Counted from the first letter of the stretch, positions 29,431 to 42,900 are shown. The stretch is 64,000 nucleotides of DNA from Klebsormidium nitens (GCA_000708835.1 DF237164.1:74226-138225), one strand, 5' to 3'. Notes: generated by a model from the sequence alone, not told the origin. Made by a program: numbers and translations.

Positions 29431-30787
29431 CTGCTCGTATCACAATAGGATTATCTCTAGTCAGACCAGCCCCATTCCATGACAGGAAGGTCCAGTCCAA
29501 ACCCCTCCTCTCATCCACCTCCTTGCCATCCAGAGTGTACATCCCAGAATCTTCTAACTTAAAATGAGTTGCTAAATACGGAGCGTCTCCGAGGAGACGG
29601 ATCATGTCATTTTCTTCCAAGGGGATTTCTCGTACGTCGTCTCCGTACTGAAACCAGAGCTTGCGGTTGGGCTCATTTCCAGGTACTTGCAGGCGTAAGG
29701 AACGCTCATAGTCACCTGGAAACCATTAATTTGAGAATGTTAGAGAGTTGACCAATACTGAGAACGACCAACTTGAAGTCTGGGGCTGAACTCTCGGACG
29801 GTAAGAAATCAGAGCTTTGCGACAGGTCTGAAGAGGATTCCCCAAAAGGATCGTCCAGCTGGAGCCTCCGCAAATCCATGATCACGGCTGACCAAATCAG
29901 AAGTTGCGCTTGAAGAATACCGGTGTCTTTCCCCTTCAAGAGAAAGCCCGAGAAGGGATAAAGTTCTCTCCTTATATGCACTTGCGGACGTCGACTATTT
30001 CATGAATCGTACAGGGGACATTTAATTCACTACTTAGAAAGGTACTGAACATCGAGATGAGTGAAAGCTACATCTAACCTCGATTTGCCAAAGTGACTCC
30101 TTACAGCCTAGAACAAAAAGATGGTCTTTGTAACGGTCAGAACAGCCATGCAACAGGCGCTCCCACCTTGGACCTTCCTGCTGCTGCTTACCAGGTGAGC
30201 AGAGTTTCTGTATTGCACGTTCACAATTTTCTACACATGGTCAACACGTCCCTTCAACCTCGTTGAACAAACATGTCAAATAGAGAAGTAACCTTGAACA
30301 AATATGTTGAAAAGAAAAGAACGTAATAGTCGTTAATCTGCCCTTTTGGTGTTACAAGTGCTTTGTAAAATGACAAAAGCTCGCAATTGGCTTTCGATAA
30401 TGAACTATTCCGCATATGTTAATTCTCTCGAACACGTTCTGCCGTCCAGTAATATAGCCCTGATACAGACCGTCAGATTCAAAGGGACTGGTTTAAACCG
30501 AGCGCAACCGTTTGCTCACAATTTTTCCTGGCTGTCTCCATCCAATCATCCTCTGCTTGACGACGTTCATGATCTTTCTGGGAGAGCAGAGCTTGGCAGT
30601 GCCGATGCCGGTCTGCGAGCTTTGTAATCTCCTCTTCTTGGGCTCCTCTCTCCAGTGCTGTCTCAGCGAGTGCTCGTGCTGTCCGTTCGCACTCTTTATG
30701 GATTACCACCCATTCTTCTAAGCGCTTTCCTTCAAGAAGACGGTGCTCATATTCAAGCGACCAAGCCCACGGAGTTGGAACAAACCC
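29431..30787 (-). CDS. Hypothetical spliced gene C (coiled-coil exon plus a compact globular-looking exon), ends unresolved
   Basis: Exons 30787-30509 (93 codons, coiled-coil), 30230-30192 and 29933-about 29780 chain in phase 0. Exon 29715-29431 is fully open for 95 codons with good ag/gtaagc sites. One junction is ambiguous. Confidence 0.4.
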
Positions 30788-31156
30788 CTGGAGAGCCAGC
30801 AGGTTCCGCCGCCATGGGAAGACCACACAACCGCAGAACATGGTCGGTGTTGCCGCAAGGAGACAGAGTGGATTTAGTAGGTGATTTAACAAGCAGCGTG
30901 TTTTGGAAATCAACCAGCCACCACAAGGAGACAATGCCCAGTCTCAGGAAGCGTGTGGTGCAGGCCGCCGCGCGCGGCCGCTTGGTCGCGCCGCGTCCGG
31001 CCCGAGGGGGCGCGTGCGGGGTTTATCGCGGAGGTAGTTTCAAGGTTTGAAATGCTGGAGCCTGCAAAGGAATTCGTAAACCGAGCTGGTTTGAGTGCTT
31101 GACCAAGGATTGACCACGCAAGGATGGCTCCAGAGCTCGACTGCATAACCATAAAC

Positions 31157-31806
31157 TTGGTGTCGGATTTCCGGATGTCGGATTTGCAAGGCTCCCATCA
31201 TCGAAGAGGACGGGCCGGTCGGTACCTACCCCCGCCTTCATTCTCGCGCCAAAATTTTGCAGATCTTGCTCTCCGCGCCAGTTCCGACCAATGTCCTCAA
31301 GGCGAATTGGCGCGAGCTAGAGCACGCCTAGCTGCAATTGGCCTGGGCTGGACTGCACATCATATGAGACTAAGGCGATGTACCGTAATATATGCATAAT
31401 CCGTAATATATGCCACTCGATGTAATACATACCTAGTGCCTCAACCCCAAGTGAACTGTAAATCCAGAATTCGTAACCCGTATAAATACCCGCTTCACAC
31501 CCGTACCCACACTAAACCCGTGTACTAGCCCTACCCATTTCAGTACAGTGATACCGTGGTATTATCTCAGCTTATTTGATTACCTGTCTTTCTTTATTTG
31601 TACCGTCCGATGAACGGTACCCTTGAATTTATGACGAAGTCGGCGGTCGGAACCGAGCCTCTGCTGGCTACGACTCTCCAAAATCCGACACCGAGAAATC
31701 CGACACCAACTTTCTGGATAATTCGACAGCTGCTTATTCCCAGCTGGACAGAAATCGTCAGCACAGAAATCGTCAGCACAGAAATCGTCGGCTTATTCCC
31801 AGCTGG
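31157..31806. repeat. Inverted-repeat element with adjoining short tandem repeats, upstream of CCDC61
   Basis: Arm 31157-31185 (TTGGTGTCGGATTTCCGGATGTCGGATTT) mirrors 31681-31709. ACAGAAATCGTCAGC occurs three times at 31748-31792 (last copy has one mismatch), flanked by the direct repeat GCTTATTCCCAGCTGG. Confidence 0.7.
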
Positions 31807-32024
31807 CTAGTGTAGCTAGGGCGGCCAGCTGGACCTCCTGTTTCCAAAGGCTCCCCACTACAGCTACGATTTTCCTTGGCCACGCTGACTACGCTGGCAT
31901 GCTCTTTAAGTTTTACTCTCTTTTAAAGAAGAGGTAGCGCTTGGTGGAAGCGGAACCATGGGAACTCTGATTGAACATCTTCGTACTGTCTTCTTCACCA
32001 ATTAGCAATCTCTATAAGATGATC

Positions 32025-35000
32025 ATGGCAACAGACTTCGAGCAACATGCCGAATTGGTCCTGCACAATCTGGAATACTTGTTGTGCGTCTCCGTGCGGA
32101 ATGGAGATACCTTGTGCGTGGAGGTCGAGCAGAGAAACGATGGGAGCAGATGGAGAGGGGAATTTGAAGCTCAATGTGAGTCATGGGTAGGCATAAACTG
32201 ACAATGAAGCAAGAGAATTTTCTCTTGCAATGCACTATCAAATTGCGCATGTCGTTCTTTACTTTTTCGTTTGTTTCTCTCCTATGGCGCTTGAGCAAAG
32301 GCTAAGTCTTGCTGCAGACGTGGAGGAGATCACGCAGAAGACGGGGAGCTTCAAGCGCTTCCCAATATTTGTCCGGATGCTCCGGTCAGCTGTCACTCAG
32401 GAGAGCGAGAGTGTCTTTGTGGACTTGCTTTCATACACGGACCTGGAAGCTCTGAAAAACAAGTAAGTCGACCTTTCAAGCGCACACCAAATCTGCACGG
32501 GGACTCGTTTGGCTCCATGCAAAGGGGTTATGGGTGTCAATGCAGTGTCTTGCGTACATCTCAGCCTGCTGCCTGCCCTTTCTAGAAGTTCATAAGTTGA
32601 GTGAGCTGAACCGAGTTTGCAGGAAAGCGGGGGCCCAGGCGGCAGGATCAAGACGCCCCACTTCCAACAACAAGCGCTACCTCATTCTCACATACACGGC
32701 AGAATACGACAGGTAATTCCAACTGGGATTGGTCACCTGATCTAGGGCCGATCAGATTTCCTCCTGAACAGGGCAGAACGTGATTTCCTTGATGCTGCGG
32801 TACTGAAAGTGTGGTAAAAGCGATGCAAGTGATTGGTGATTCAGCTTACCAAGGTCAATGAAGCCATGAGACTCTTTAGGACACCTTCGTAGGAGTCCTG
32901 TTTGCTTAGAGCTGAACTGTATGCTCCCATCTTCTTGCAGGGTCCATTACCCCCTCCCTCTGCTCTATGAAGAGCATCCAGAGCCAGTTGCACTGAAGGG
33001 AACCATCAAGCGCTTGCGGGACGAAGTAGAGTTTCTCCGCTCCCAACTGACCTCAAACATCTCGCGTTCCCCAAAGCTCAACACGCGAGCTGGACTAGCT
33101 AGCAGAGACTCAGACGTAGACCGGTTGAAAGAGGAGAACGAAGCTCTTCGAGAGGAGCTGCAAAGTTTGCAAGAGGATGGGGCCCATGCAAGGCCAGATG
33201 GCGAAGAAGGAGGGGCGGCAGAGCAGATTGGAGAGTTGCAAAACCAGTTGGATCGGGCCAAAAGGGAGAACAGGTTCCTGCAGGCAAAGCTTGATGCGTC
33301 GGTGAGCCCACACATCTTTCCCTTTGAACAGAGGCAGCAATTTCGTGTAACCACTCACTCTAGATGGTTGTTGTGATTGTGAAGGAGTTTTGGACCCTGA
33401 ATTCACGTGCTAGACGTTCTCGATTGCTTTGGATATGTGGGTCATTGAACCCGGTCCTCTTTCGCACACATCGATGTTTCAAGAGTAGCTCTCGCATGGT
33501 AAAGGGTTAGCAACCCCTTCTCGAGTTCAGAGATGGCACCGTATTTGATGTATATCTGACGGACGAGTTCACCGCCTGTGTCCCGTCAGCATCATAGTCA
33601 CTGTATCAGAGGCACAGAATCTGGAACTTTCCTCCCTGTCACAGTGTGAGGAGCTGGGAAGGCTCAAGCCCGGAAGAAGCCAAGCTGAGCGGGAACTCGA
33701 GATGCTGCGAAGGAGGATACAACGGATAGAGGTGAGGCCTTCCCTGGTCAATGTGCCAACTTTCGGATAACCACGAGGGAAACACCACGAACGAAGGAGT
33801 GGTCATAAAGCTTTTGTATTCATCTGAAGGAACTGGTTGTACGTCAGCTTTGAGACAACGTTTCCGCATTCTTCGATCTCATGTCCATGGTCATTTCTCC
33901 TGCTTCGACTTTTGCATTCGGTGGCAAGGTTAGAAAAGTCGAGCGCTAGTGTGGTCTCAAAACTTTGGCGGGCCCATGCGTTCATAGCCTTACCCATTCC
34001 TGCTCAGATCTTGATGTTACTAAAGCCTCGCTGAACATCTTGACTTATGGAGGACTTCTCGCTTCGTTTCCTTTCTGAACTCCCAACTCCTGTGGTCAAC
34101 TCTGAAACGAGCCGTACTTCTCTCAAAGGTCCCTTTTCCTTGTCTCTTCATGCCGCTTCCCGCAGCAAAGGCCCCCATTTTGCACGCCTCTTCGTTTCTT
34201 TTTCGCTGGTCCCCACTTTGGGACATGTTCTTCCTCCCGCGTTGAGCCAGCTCATGATCACGCATTCATCTTCAGGAGGACGCCACCGCTGAGCGCAACA
34301 CACACAAGCGCGCGGTGACGCGACTGGCGAAGGAGAACGCGGGGTTGACGGACGAGCTTCAGAAGCTGAAGGAGGTGGAGAAGCGACTCCGGGTGAAGCT
34401 CCGCGAAGCTGAGGGTCAGCTCGACATCCTGCGCCGCAGGTGAGGGCTCTCCGATTGTCGCTGATCTGAGAAGATGTGCCAGTGGCTTGCGAGAAGGTCC
34501 TCTGTTCAATCCTCGTTCTGACAAAGGCGCCTGAAACGAGTGGGCGATGTTGTCAGTGTTCTGGACTAAAGATCTGTTCCATCGTGGAACGGAGCATCTG
34601 AAGGGTGCTCGGAAGATAATGATCGGGCAGCGTTGGGTCCTCCTTTTTTCCTGATTGCTCCCTAAACCAAACTAGAACACCTCCGCTCCTTAGCTGCACG
34701 GTTTCTATCTTGTGAGCCCGAACCCACCGGTAATGCTGAAGGCGAAAGTCAACAACCGGCTTTGGCATACAGTCCCGTTAGCCCATCGTTCAGGCTCGTC
34801 GTGGGATCGTCTATCAGGTGTTAGAAGCGAGGCTGTCACTCCAGTACTTTCAGGCCGCATTTGTCGATCGCCGTGCACTTATAACGGCTTCTTCCACAGA
34901 GAGAGGGACCGGATTCAGCACGTAAGCCTCTGCAGTCTCGCTGTCAATCTATCAACAGATCAGGATCCTGATCAGTCTAGTCGCTTGCGGTCTCCAGGCT

Positions 35001-37723
35001 GAGCCTTCGGGGCCGAGAGACGGCTCCGTTGAAAGGGCGGCCTTCCGCCCCCAACAGCCGGAACCCCTCCCCAGCCACGTCGCGGAACCCGACGCCGCCC
35101 GTTACGGCCAGGGATCAGAGCAACAGGAGTCGCAACCCCTCCCCTCGGTTCCCCACTCGGGATATCAGCCCACCCGCGTTCAGACGACCCTTCGCTGCCG
35201 TCAACAGAAGCTGGACACCTCCATGTGAGTTGTGAACTGGCCGAGGCTTTATTCGACCGGGTCTATCCATGAAACCGATTGTTTGTCAGAGGAAGACTGG
35301 AGACGCTTGATGGTATTTGGAGGACTAATAATGACTCCGGTCGTAGCGCTGCGCCTTGAATAGTCGATCACGTCGACGGGCCACCATTTTCAAGATCAGA
35401 GTACACCCAGTGCTACATGCGACAAGGAGAGACGTCCTCAGGAAAGATCAACAAGCTGCATAGATGTCAAACGCAGAGTTTCTCAGATGAGGATCTATTC
35501 AGCTAAGGTGGAGGATCAAGAACTGGGTTGCAGGATCTGCTTGGCAAGAAATGACACGATTGGCCCCTTTGATCAGTGCAAAGCCAAAACTTGATCGAGT
35601 CGCTTTTGCAGCCTCCCGGCCTCCTTCAAGGCCCGCCTCCGCGCCAACAACTTACCGACGATTCGACCCGACTGCATACGTACGGGAACGTTCAGAAAAA
35701 TTGCGGCAGGGCCGCGCTGGTAGCAGCGAACGGCAAAGGTCGAGCAGTGCGGACGCCAGGTACGGGCACGAACTGAGTTTTCAGTGTTGTCCTGTTGGGA
35801 AAGCGCAGGTCTGTCAGGTCGACTTTCTGGTAGAAGCGCCCGCTGCAAAGTGGCCGATTCGTGCGTTTTGGATGGTTCGTTGGAGGCGCGTTTGGGTTAA
35901 GCGAGCAAGTAAAATAATTGCTGCGATCTGCAAAAGGCGCCCCGGGCGGAGAGGAGCTAATCGGACCCGCTTGTTGCTTGCTTGCTTGCTTGCGTAGGTC
36001 TCGTCCAATGAGACATGCATGGCTCCTGCACAGTTCAATTTAAGCTTGCACTTTTATCTTACAGAGCTTCCTGTTGAGTGCGGTATGATGATGTCCATCA
36101 CCGGCAAAACGCCCGAACCGTTGTTGCTTCCCCAAGCACCTCCGCTTTTTGGACGATCGGTTGTTTGCTTTTGGCAACTTGCCTTGAAGTCCACCCCAAG
36201 GGGTCCGTTCGCGGGATCGACACTGAAGGGTACACGGCTCGGGCTGTGGATGAAGCAGCCCTGACTACAAGTATTAAGTAGTCTTTTGAACAAACGATGC
36301 TGAGATCCGCCTTGTTTAAAGCCTCTTACGTTCTCTTACTCTTCTATCCATTTCCCCCCGCACACTTGTCCGTTGCGACCCGCCACCTCTTTCCCGCTCA
36401 CCCCTCATACACGTTTCAAGGCTCCCATCCAACCCCCTCAGTCGCGTCTCTCTCCTCTCAGGGACAGCGGTCCTGACGTCCCTCGTGGCGTTCCGCGGTA
36501 CCAGCGCGCGACCGCGGCAGCGAGTGCGCGAGCCCGCGGGTTTTCCAGTGCGTCCCCGAGCCCTGTCCGCGAGCGCTCGCCTCAGACGCGGCAGTGGGGG
36601 CAGAACGGCCGGGAACAGCCCGCGGCGCCGGTTAGAAGGTGAGTTTTGCGCGCCTGCGAAACAATGAAGCTCTGCTTGGTGCTATTCAGAGAAAAGTCCG
36701 AACAGGATCAACGGCTGGCAAAAATTGGTTAGTTGCATTGCCGGGGTTGTTTGCCTGGGTAAACGTGGCAGTCGCGAACATCACGTCCTGTTTTAGCGAC
36801 CTTGAGAAGGGCGTTCAGACAGTGAAGGAAGCGAGCTTTGGTATTCCCGCATGTTATCCGGTGCTGGATTGACTGTTATAGATAATAGCAGGCAAATCGT
36901 ATGACTTGAGGGCAACATGGAAACGAGCGGTGCTCATCCGGTTGTGCAGATCAAGTACGGAGTACAACCGACCGCCAACGGGGTTGCAAGGAGGACGGTC
37001 GGCGCCTGTCAGCCCTTCCCGCGCGGATTGGGACCGAGTCGGAACCAGGAACGGAAACGGAAACGGAAACGGGCTCCCGCCCCGACTGGACGAGGACCCG
37101 TTGCAGCCCTCGTCCCGGTCGAGCTCCCCGGGGCGCGCCCTGCGAGACGTCAAAGAACGGCTAGCAAAGTAAGCTGCGTGTTAGTTCGCGAACGCCATGC
37201 GTGTCTGGGGTATATGCGCAGGCGAAACGGGGGTTTGTTGCTTCGTAACTGCCGGTAGTCATTAAAGGTCGTTTAGCGTAACGGGGACGAGATTTGCAGG
37301 TTCGACGGTCTTCACAACCTCTGTTCTTCTCATGTTCTCTTGTAGTCCCTTTATTGAGCCTGCTTTGCTCTGCGGGGTGACGGCTGGGAACGTGGATCGA
37401 CGGATTTGCTTTACTCTGACAGCTTTGTGAATCGATGTCAGGGAGAGTGAAGCGGCCGTGCTCATAACGCTGTGTACAATTGCAGGTACGTGAGCAAAGA
37501 AAGCGGAGAGTCGGTGCCCGGCTCGAAGCCGGCCAACGACCTTGAAGGTCTGGCCTCTGGTTCGGATGCCGGCAGGCTAGCTGCCACAGAACCGCAAAGT
37601 GTTCACGCCATTGCCGATGACACCAGTGCGGAAATAGCTGACATTGACTCCCGCTTGCATGCGTTGCAAAACTTTTTGCGGGCTGCAAAAAGTGCATCTG
37701 GTGGGCACAGTAGTGTATCATAG
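32025..37723 (+). CDS. CCDC61: Coiled-coil domain-containing protein 61 (VFL3; SAS6-like head, basal body/centriole protein)
   Basis: Exons 32025-32175, 32318-32462, 32623-32712, 32941-33301, about 33645-33731, 34278-34439, 34998-35224, 35612-35759, 36462-36638, 36950-37168 and 37486-37723. Family motifs: RWRGEF..YVEEITQKTGSFKRF, VFVDLLSYTDLE, NKRYLILTY..EYDRVHYPLPL, RFDPTAYV, IDSRLHALQNFL. One internal junction is unresolved. Confidence 0.9.
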
Positions 37724-39969
37724 GGGAACCTTTGCTAAGACAGGTTCTATTTATAGCCTAAGTCAGTGGAGTTTTATAATATTGTGACCTAATTTTCTTA
37801 GGAGACAAGGATCCGTTCTGTTCTCGTCGAGACCCTTCTCTTGTCGAGAAAGTCAGTATAGACACAACCAAGAGTTTCTTCCAATTGAGATAGTTCTAGT
37901 CGTTATCATCTACCATGGAGAACTGATTTGTGGACCTGCTTGTACTTGTGAGAGCATTTCGAGGATATTGAAAGTAAACTCTGTAGTGCACAGCAACGAG
38001 CAAGACTCATTGTTGGTACAGCCAGAATCGGTATATGGATCGGTATAGTTGAAACAGCTCGGAGTTCCCCTGAGTCTGCACTTCATCAACCAGCTCTAGC
38101 TACCTGCTTGCAATCATCTGAGTCCACCTGGCATAATGGTCAATCCGGGCTCCCTATGTATGCGCCCTTTCCAGCACGCCACGTCGCGTGCATGTAAGTT
38201 TGACCATGTGTGAGGCCGACTCGATTGAGCTTGTCTCGGCATACGAAATCGCGCGTGCCAATATGTCCGGCGGGGCCGACCTGCAATTTAGCGCGGGCGG
38301 CAACGTTTGCTGGAATGAGGTAATCATAGCTAAGGTAGGGCGGCCTGCCGCCATGGCGGGCCCGTTCAATGACGAGTGCAACGGATCGGACACGACTCCG
38401 GTCACGCCCCGCGGCGGTCGCGACCTCGGAACCGTGACAGGCGGCCGCCCGCCGCGTCGTCGGAGCCAGCGTCAAAACCGTCGATGGGATCTTTGCAATT
38501 GGAGGTTGTCTGTCCGATTTTAGATGCGCGCGCGCCGGAACCTTATTTAACCGGGAGGAGCAGCGACTGTACTGGTTGGGGCGGTGGCATGCATGACCGC
38601 GTACCTACCGGTTTACAATTATCAATAGGTATAGGTAGGTACCTATATAGGTACGGTAGGTAGGAGCCGGTGCACGCTGAGTGGGTACACGTATACCGTT
38701 CTAACAACTAGCACGTACATAGCAGTTCTGCTTTAACCTTTGGGTTATGACATCAGTTGACAGGATACCCCCGTGAATAGGAACACCTTGGTACGCCACA
38801 GGTGACATGCATGGTAAGATAGTATTCGTCCTGCAGCTGGCTGCTGGCCTCACATGTCACCTTCCATATCATGCTAGGTTACCTTATCATGGTAGGTACC
38901 AGTCTCTGATTCCTGCCTCTAAAACACACCAAGCCTCAAGGCATCGAGGACTACCTACCTGCAGCTTCACAACACTTACCTACTCTATTCTACCCTGACA
39001 TCACGTTCGCACGATCAGGCGCTCGTGGTCTCACCAACAGTTCGTCAGTTTGAGCTCCTTGCTGCCAGAGACTTCTGGGAGCTGAGTTCTGTGCTTACCA
39101 CCCATTTTCGAAACAAGTCATCTCACGAGAGACAAGTCGGGCAGTTTGACGCAAAGTGCCCCATCAGCTAGCTCTTGTGCAACGATATGGTAAGGAGAAG
39201 GCCACCTCCTGTTGATTTCCATACGAAATATTGTGGCAGACGGCGTGCTTTTCTACTTTCAATCAAATCAATAGGGGCGAAAAGTATCACGAGATCATCG
39301 CACTTCTTTATCTTTAACGTGATTGGGAGTTGCTTTTTGGTTGAATGCCTACGTGCGTCAGTAAAATGTTCAGAGCTGGGCCCTGGAGCAGTACTAGAAG
39401 GTTCTCAACGCTAAGCAAAAGCAATCAGCATTGACAAACTGGCCCACGCAGCTTCGCTTGTAAATACGCAGCTCTAGCTGTTTAGCTCCAGCACATATTG
39501 GGTGTGACAATCGAAGAACTATTCGGTAGTTTGCCACCTGAAGTTTTATATCAAGCTTAGTCAAATGCAAAAGGTGTGCAGAGCAGGATCAAGCATTGAA
39601 AGCCACAATCTATCCACAAAGCAAGGCAGGTCTGCAGGAAGATGTTCAGACTCCCTACCCGCCAAAATAGCGCAAGCCCTGTACTCGCCACTGAAATCGG
39701 CATGGTTTACAAGTGCGGCAAGACGAGACGCTGAGAGTGTGATTGAATCCTCTTGCTGACCCGTTAATGGAGCTATCGGCTGCTAACCAGGCTGATTACC
39801 AGACTGAGTCTCGGGTTATGGGACAAATAAACGGGCTTTAAGCTAGGTTAACGTTCATTTCTGGTTATCGGGCAGTCAACCAGAGTTGAACCAGTCCATA
39901 GCGAGCCCATGACCATTTCTGATTACGGACCAAAAATTTCCGGAATTCCCTTTTCAGGCCGCCACTGTG

Positions 39970-42900
39970 ATGGAGAGCAACCTGACTCTCACCCTCGAAG
40001 CTCTGGCGCCCACAGGGGCAGTATTCACCACAGAGCAGGTCTCGGCGTTCCAGTACTCGCTGCCCCTCAAGAAGATCGAGGCAGGCCTCTCGACGCTGCA
40101 GGTGGGCGCACTTGTTCAGCGTCAGCGTCCCTCGCTTAGTGCCGCGCTTCTTGAATGAGACGCGGCAAGCTCCTCGGAAGTTGTCTCTTGATAACATTGT
40201 TCTTTATTCGGTTGTGAAGGTCCCCGAATCGAAACAGCACGGAGGTTTGGCATGTTAGTAATCATGGCATTTTCCAATCAATAGAAAAGATTTTTGACGA
40301 ACAATCCCTGACAGTGGGGCTCACAATTCCACGACACGGCATCGCTCTTCCCGCTGCACGCTCGCTTGCAGGAGTCTGATTCAGCCCATTGACGTGCAGA
40401 CCAGGAGACTTATAGCAGGTGCTAAGGAGCGTGGTAGTTTTCTAATCCAATCGTCTTCCCTCCATTGGAGATAGATTTGATCATCAAGATGCTTTCCCAC
40501 CACTCTTGACCACTTTTCAGCTACTTTTGCAGCCATTCTTACCACCAAATTTCACAGCACTCTCCACTAATCGACCACTTTGACCCACTGGTGACCCACG
40601 TTTTTCATTTTTGGACCACTTTTGACCCCATTCAGACCCACATTCGTGGCAGCCTAAAGCACACGAGAGGCTTTTGTCCTGAACCGCAAATGGTTGAAGG
40701 AATCATTGAACCAGACAAGAAGTACGTTCTCCTCGTAGAAGGGCACCTAAGCAACCACAAACCAAGCTTGGTTAATGCTGATCTCTTCCTGTGGCATGAG
40801 CCGTTCTCTCTCTCCTGCAGCTATGGGGGAAGATACTGGCGGAGAACGGGAAGGATTACCTGCTCGCTCAAGGCAGCTCGAAAGCGCCGTTCCGCATGAA
40901 GAACGAATTCCAGTTTGACACAAAGTACTACTACAGGTGCGTAAGGGCAGCTAGCGACGGCTTATTTTTCGCTTTGCCTCTGAAAATTCCGCCTGTCCGT
41001 GTGAAGTTGCATCATTCGTCAAACTCCTCAATCTGGTGTTAGTGGGAAAAGCTGATATCGGATATCGTCCAAAGAAGTGACGGGGAAGGGAATCGATTGG
41101 ATGGAAAATGGGAATGCGAACCAGAAGAGGAAGTTCGTTTTGGCTTCAAAGGCGCTGGGCGGATGATTGTGAACCAAGAAATCTAAAAGTCTGATTCTGA
41201 GTCCTGTAAACTTGACAGAGTGGGTCGTTCGAGAACTGCACAACGCGTCCTAGGTCGAACATTTCGCAGCTTACTAAGTCACAGGAAGTGACCCCTTTGA
41301 GGAGTTATTGGCAAGGAGTCAGGCAAGCGGACAGCCGAGATCAGACTTCGTGAGCAGGGCAGTAATAATCAAGGCTATACGAAACCTTTTGTGGTGTCAC
41401 ACCGTCTGCCAGTCTCCTACACCGATTTCGCAAATTTGACCAAGGGCCTGCATCAACGAGAAACGCTGGGCAGATCAATTAGCGAGGCAGAATATCCTCA
41501 AAGCTTGACCCAAAAATATTAACGGAGTTTTGAGGGGGCTGGGCAATGTTACGCTGGGCAATGTTACGATGAGTCCTAACTTAGGAAGCGAGCAGTTTTC
41601 GATCGAAGCGGACCTCACAGCAGTAAAAACGAGATTCGATAAATAGTGCGAAAAGGTACCAATTCAACGAACCCCCTTGAAGTTACCCCGCAATTCCTCC
41701 AGTACAAGCACAACACAGAGCAAGCCACTCATAGACGTGCAGCGTTACCAAGCGTCTCTAAAAGCAACGCTTGCATCTGACCCGCATCTCATTTATCCTT
41801 ACAGCCAGGACGGTGTCAAGTGGCTCGACCTCCAGCCAGTCTCGCCTGAGACCTCGGAGCGCTGCGCGAGGATTAACACCGGTTTCACGGGCGATGCTGC
41901 ACACATCTACGAGGTACCGGAGCCCGTAGTACCCACCGAGGCGGTCCCGCCTCCCCCGAGAGAAGCCGAGGGAGAAGCCGAGGCCGAAGAAGGTGACGTC
42001 ACCTCTCGCTTTTGTCTGTCGGGATGAGACGTCACTTGTAGGGTTAGCTTGGCAAGGAAGATAACCTTCTCTGGTACCGAGAAGGAGAGGAGACCAGACC
42101 TACGTGCATGTTCTTTGCCTCGTAAATGAGGCCCTCGTGCGTCAAAGTGAGCCGTCAGTACACGAGCCATGGACGTCGGGAAAGTGCTACTCGAGGAAGA
42201 ACCGAAGTGTTTTTCTTAATACCTATGCAATGCAGAAAACGAACGGAAAGTACGCAATGACTGCGTCAAACCTGCAAACCAGTGGTAGCACTCCCGCTGC
42301 TAGTCTTCCTTGAAAGCATCCTATTGTGGACTCGGTTTTCAAACACAAAAAGCTTATCTGATCCAAGATTTTGACGGAAGTACAGCCAACCCCTGGTCAA
42401 GTTGGAAGAAACTCTCATTCGCTTCTCAACCCGCCTTTCCGTTGTTTTTGTTTCAGATGCTGAAGCGGAGCAGCCGGAAGCCGCCGAAGAACCGGAGCCC
42501 GCCCCTGTGAAGACGCATCCCGTGCGAGAGGTAAGATTGAGTCTTGGCAGGTTGAGGCACTTGTTTGTATCCTCTTCTCTTTAAAACGTCCGAGCCAGCG
42601 TTTGGCTCCTTCACAGAGCGCCAGAAATGGTTGGTGTGTGGGCGCCTCGATCTAATCAAACGGAGAAGGTTACACCCGATCCTGGCTAAGAACCTCTATC
42701 CAAGTCCGTGATCATTCGTGGTGAAAAAGGCCTACCGATGGCGTGAGGGTTAGCACAACCATCGCTGTTTCGCAGCCTTTCAATCACTCGTTCATTGACC
42801 TGACATACTTTGCGGACTCAAAACCTCTTCCACCCAAAGCGGCACTCCTGCGACCCCACTTTGACGGCTGCTGCCTCTAACACCGCTTTGACAACTCTGT

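Noticed and set aside
31748-31792. Regularly spaced short repeats as a possible CRISPR-like array
   Set aside because: The units are directly adjacent with no unique spacers and the context is eukaryotic. It is a simple tandem repeat. The OOP intron arrays are likewise exon-derived.
31952-31965. GGAACCATGGGAAC upstream of CCDC61 as an RFX X-box
   Set aside because: Only the right half fits the consensus, and RFX factors are not known in the green lineage.
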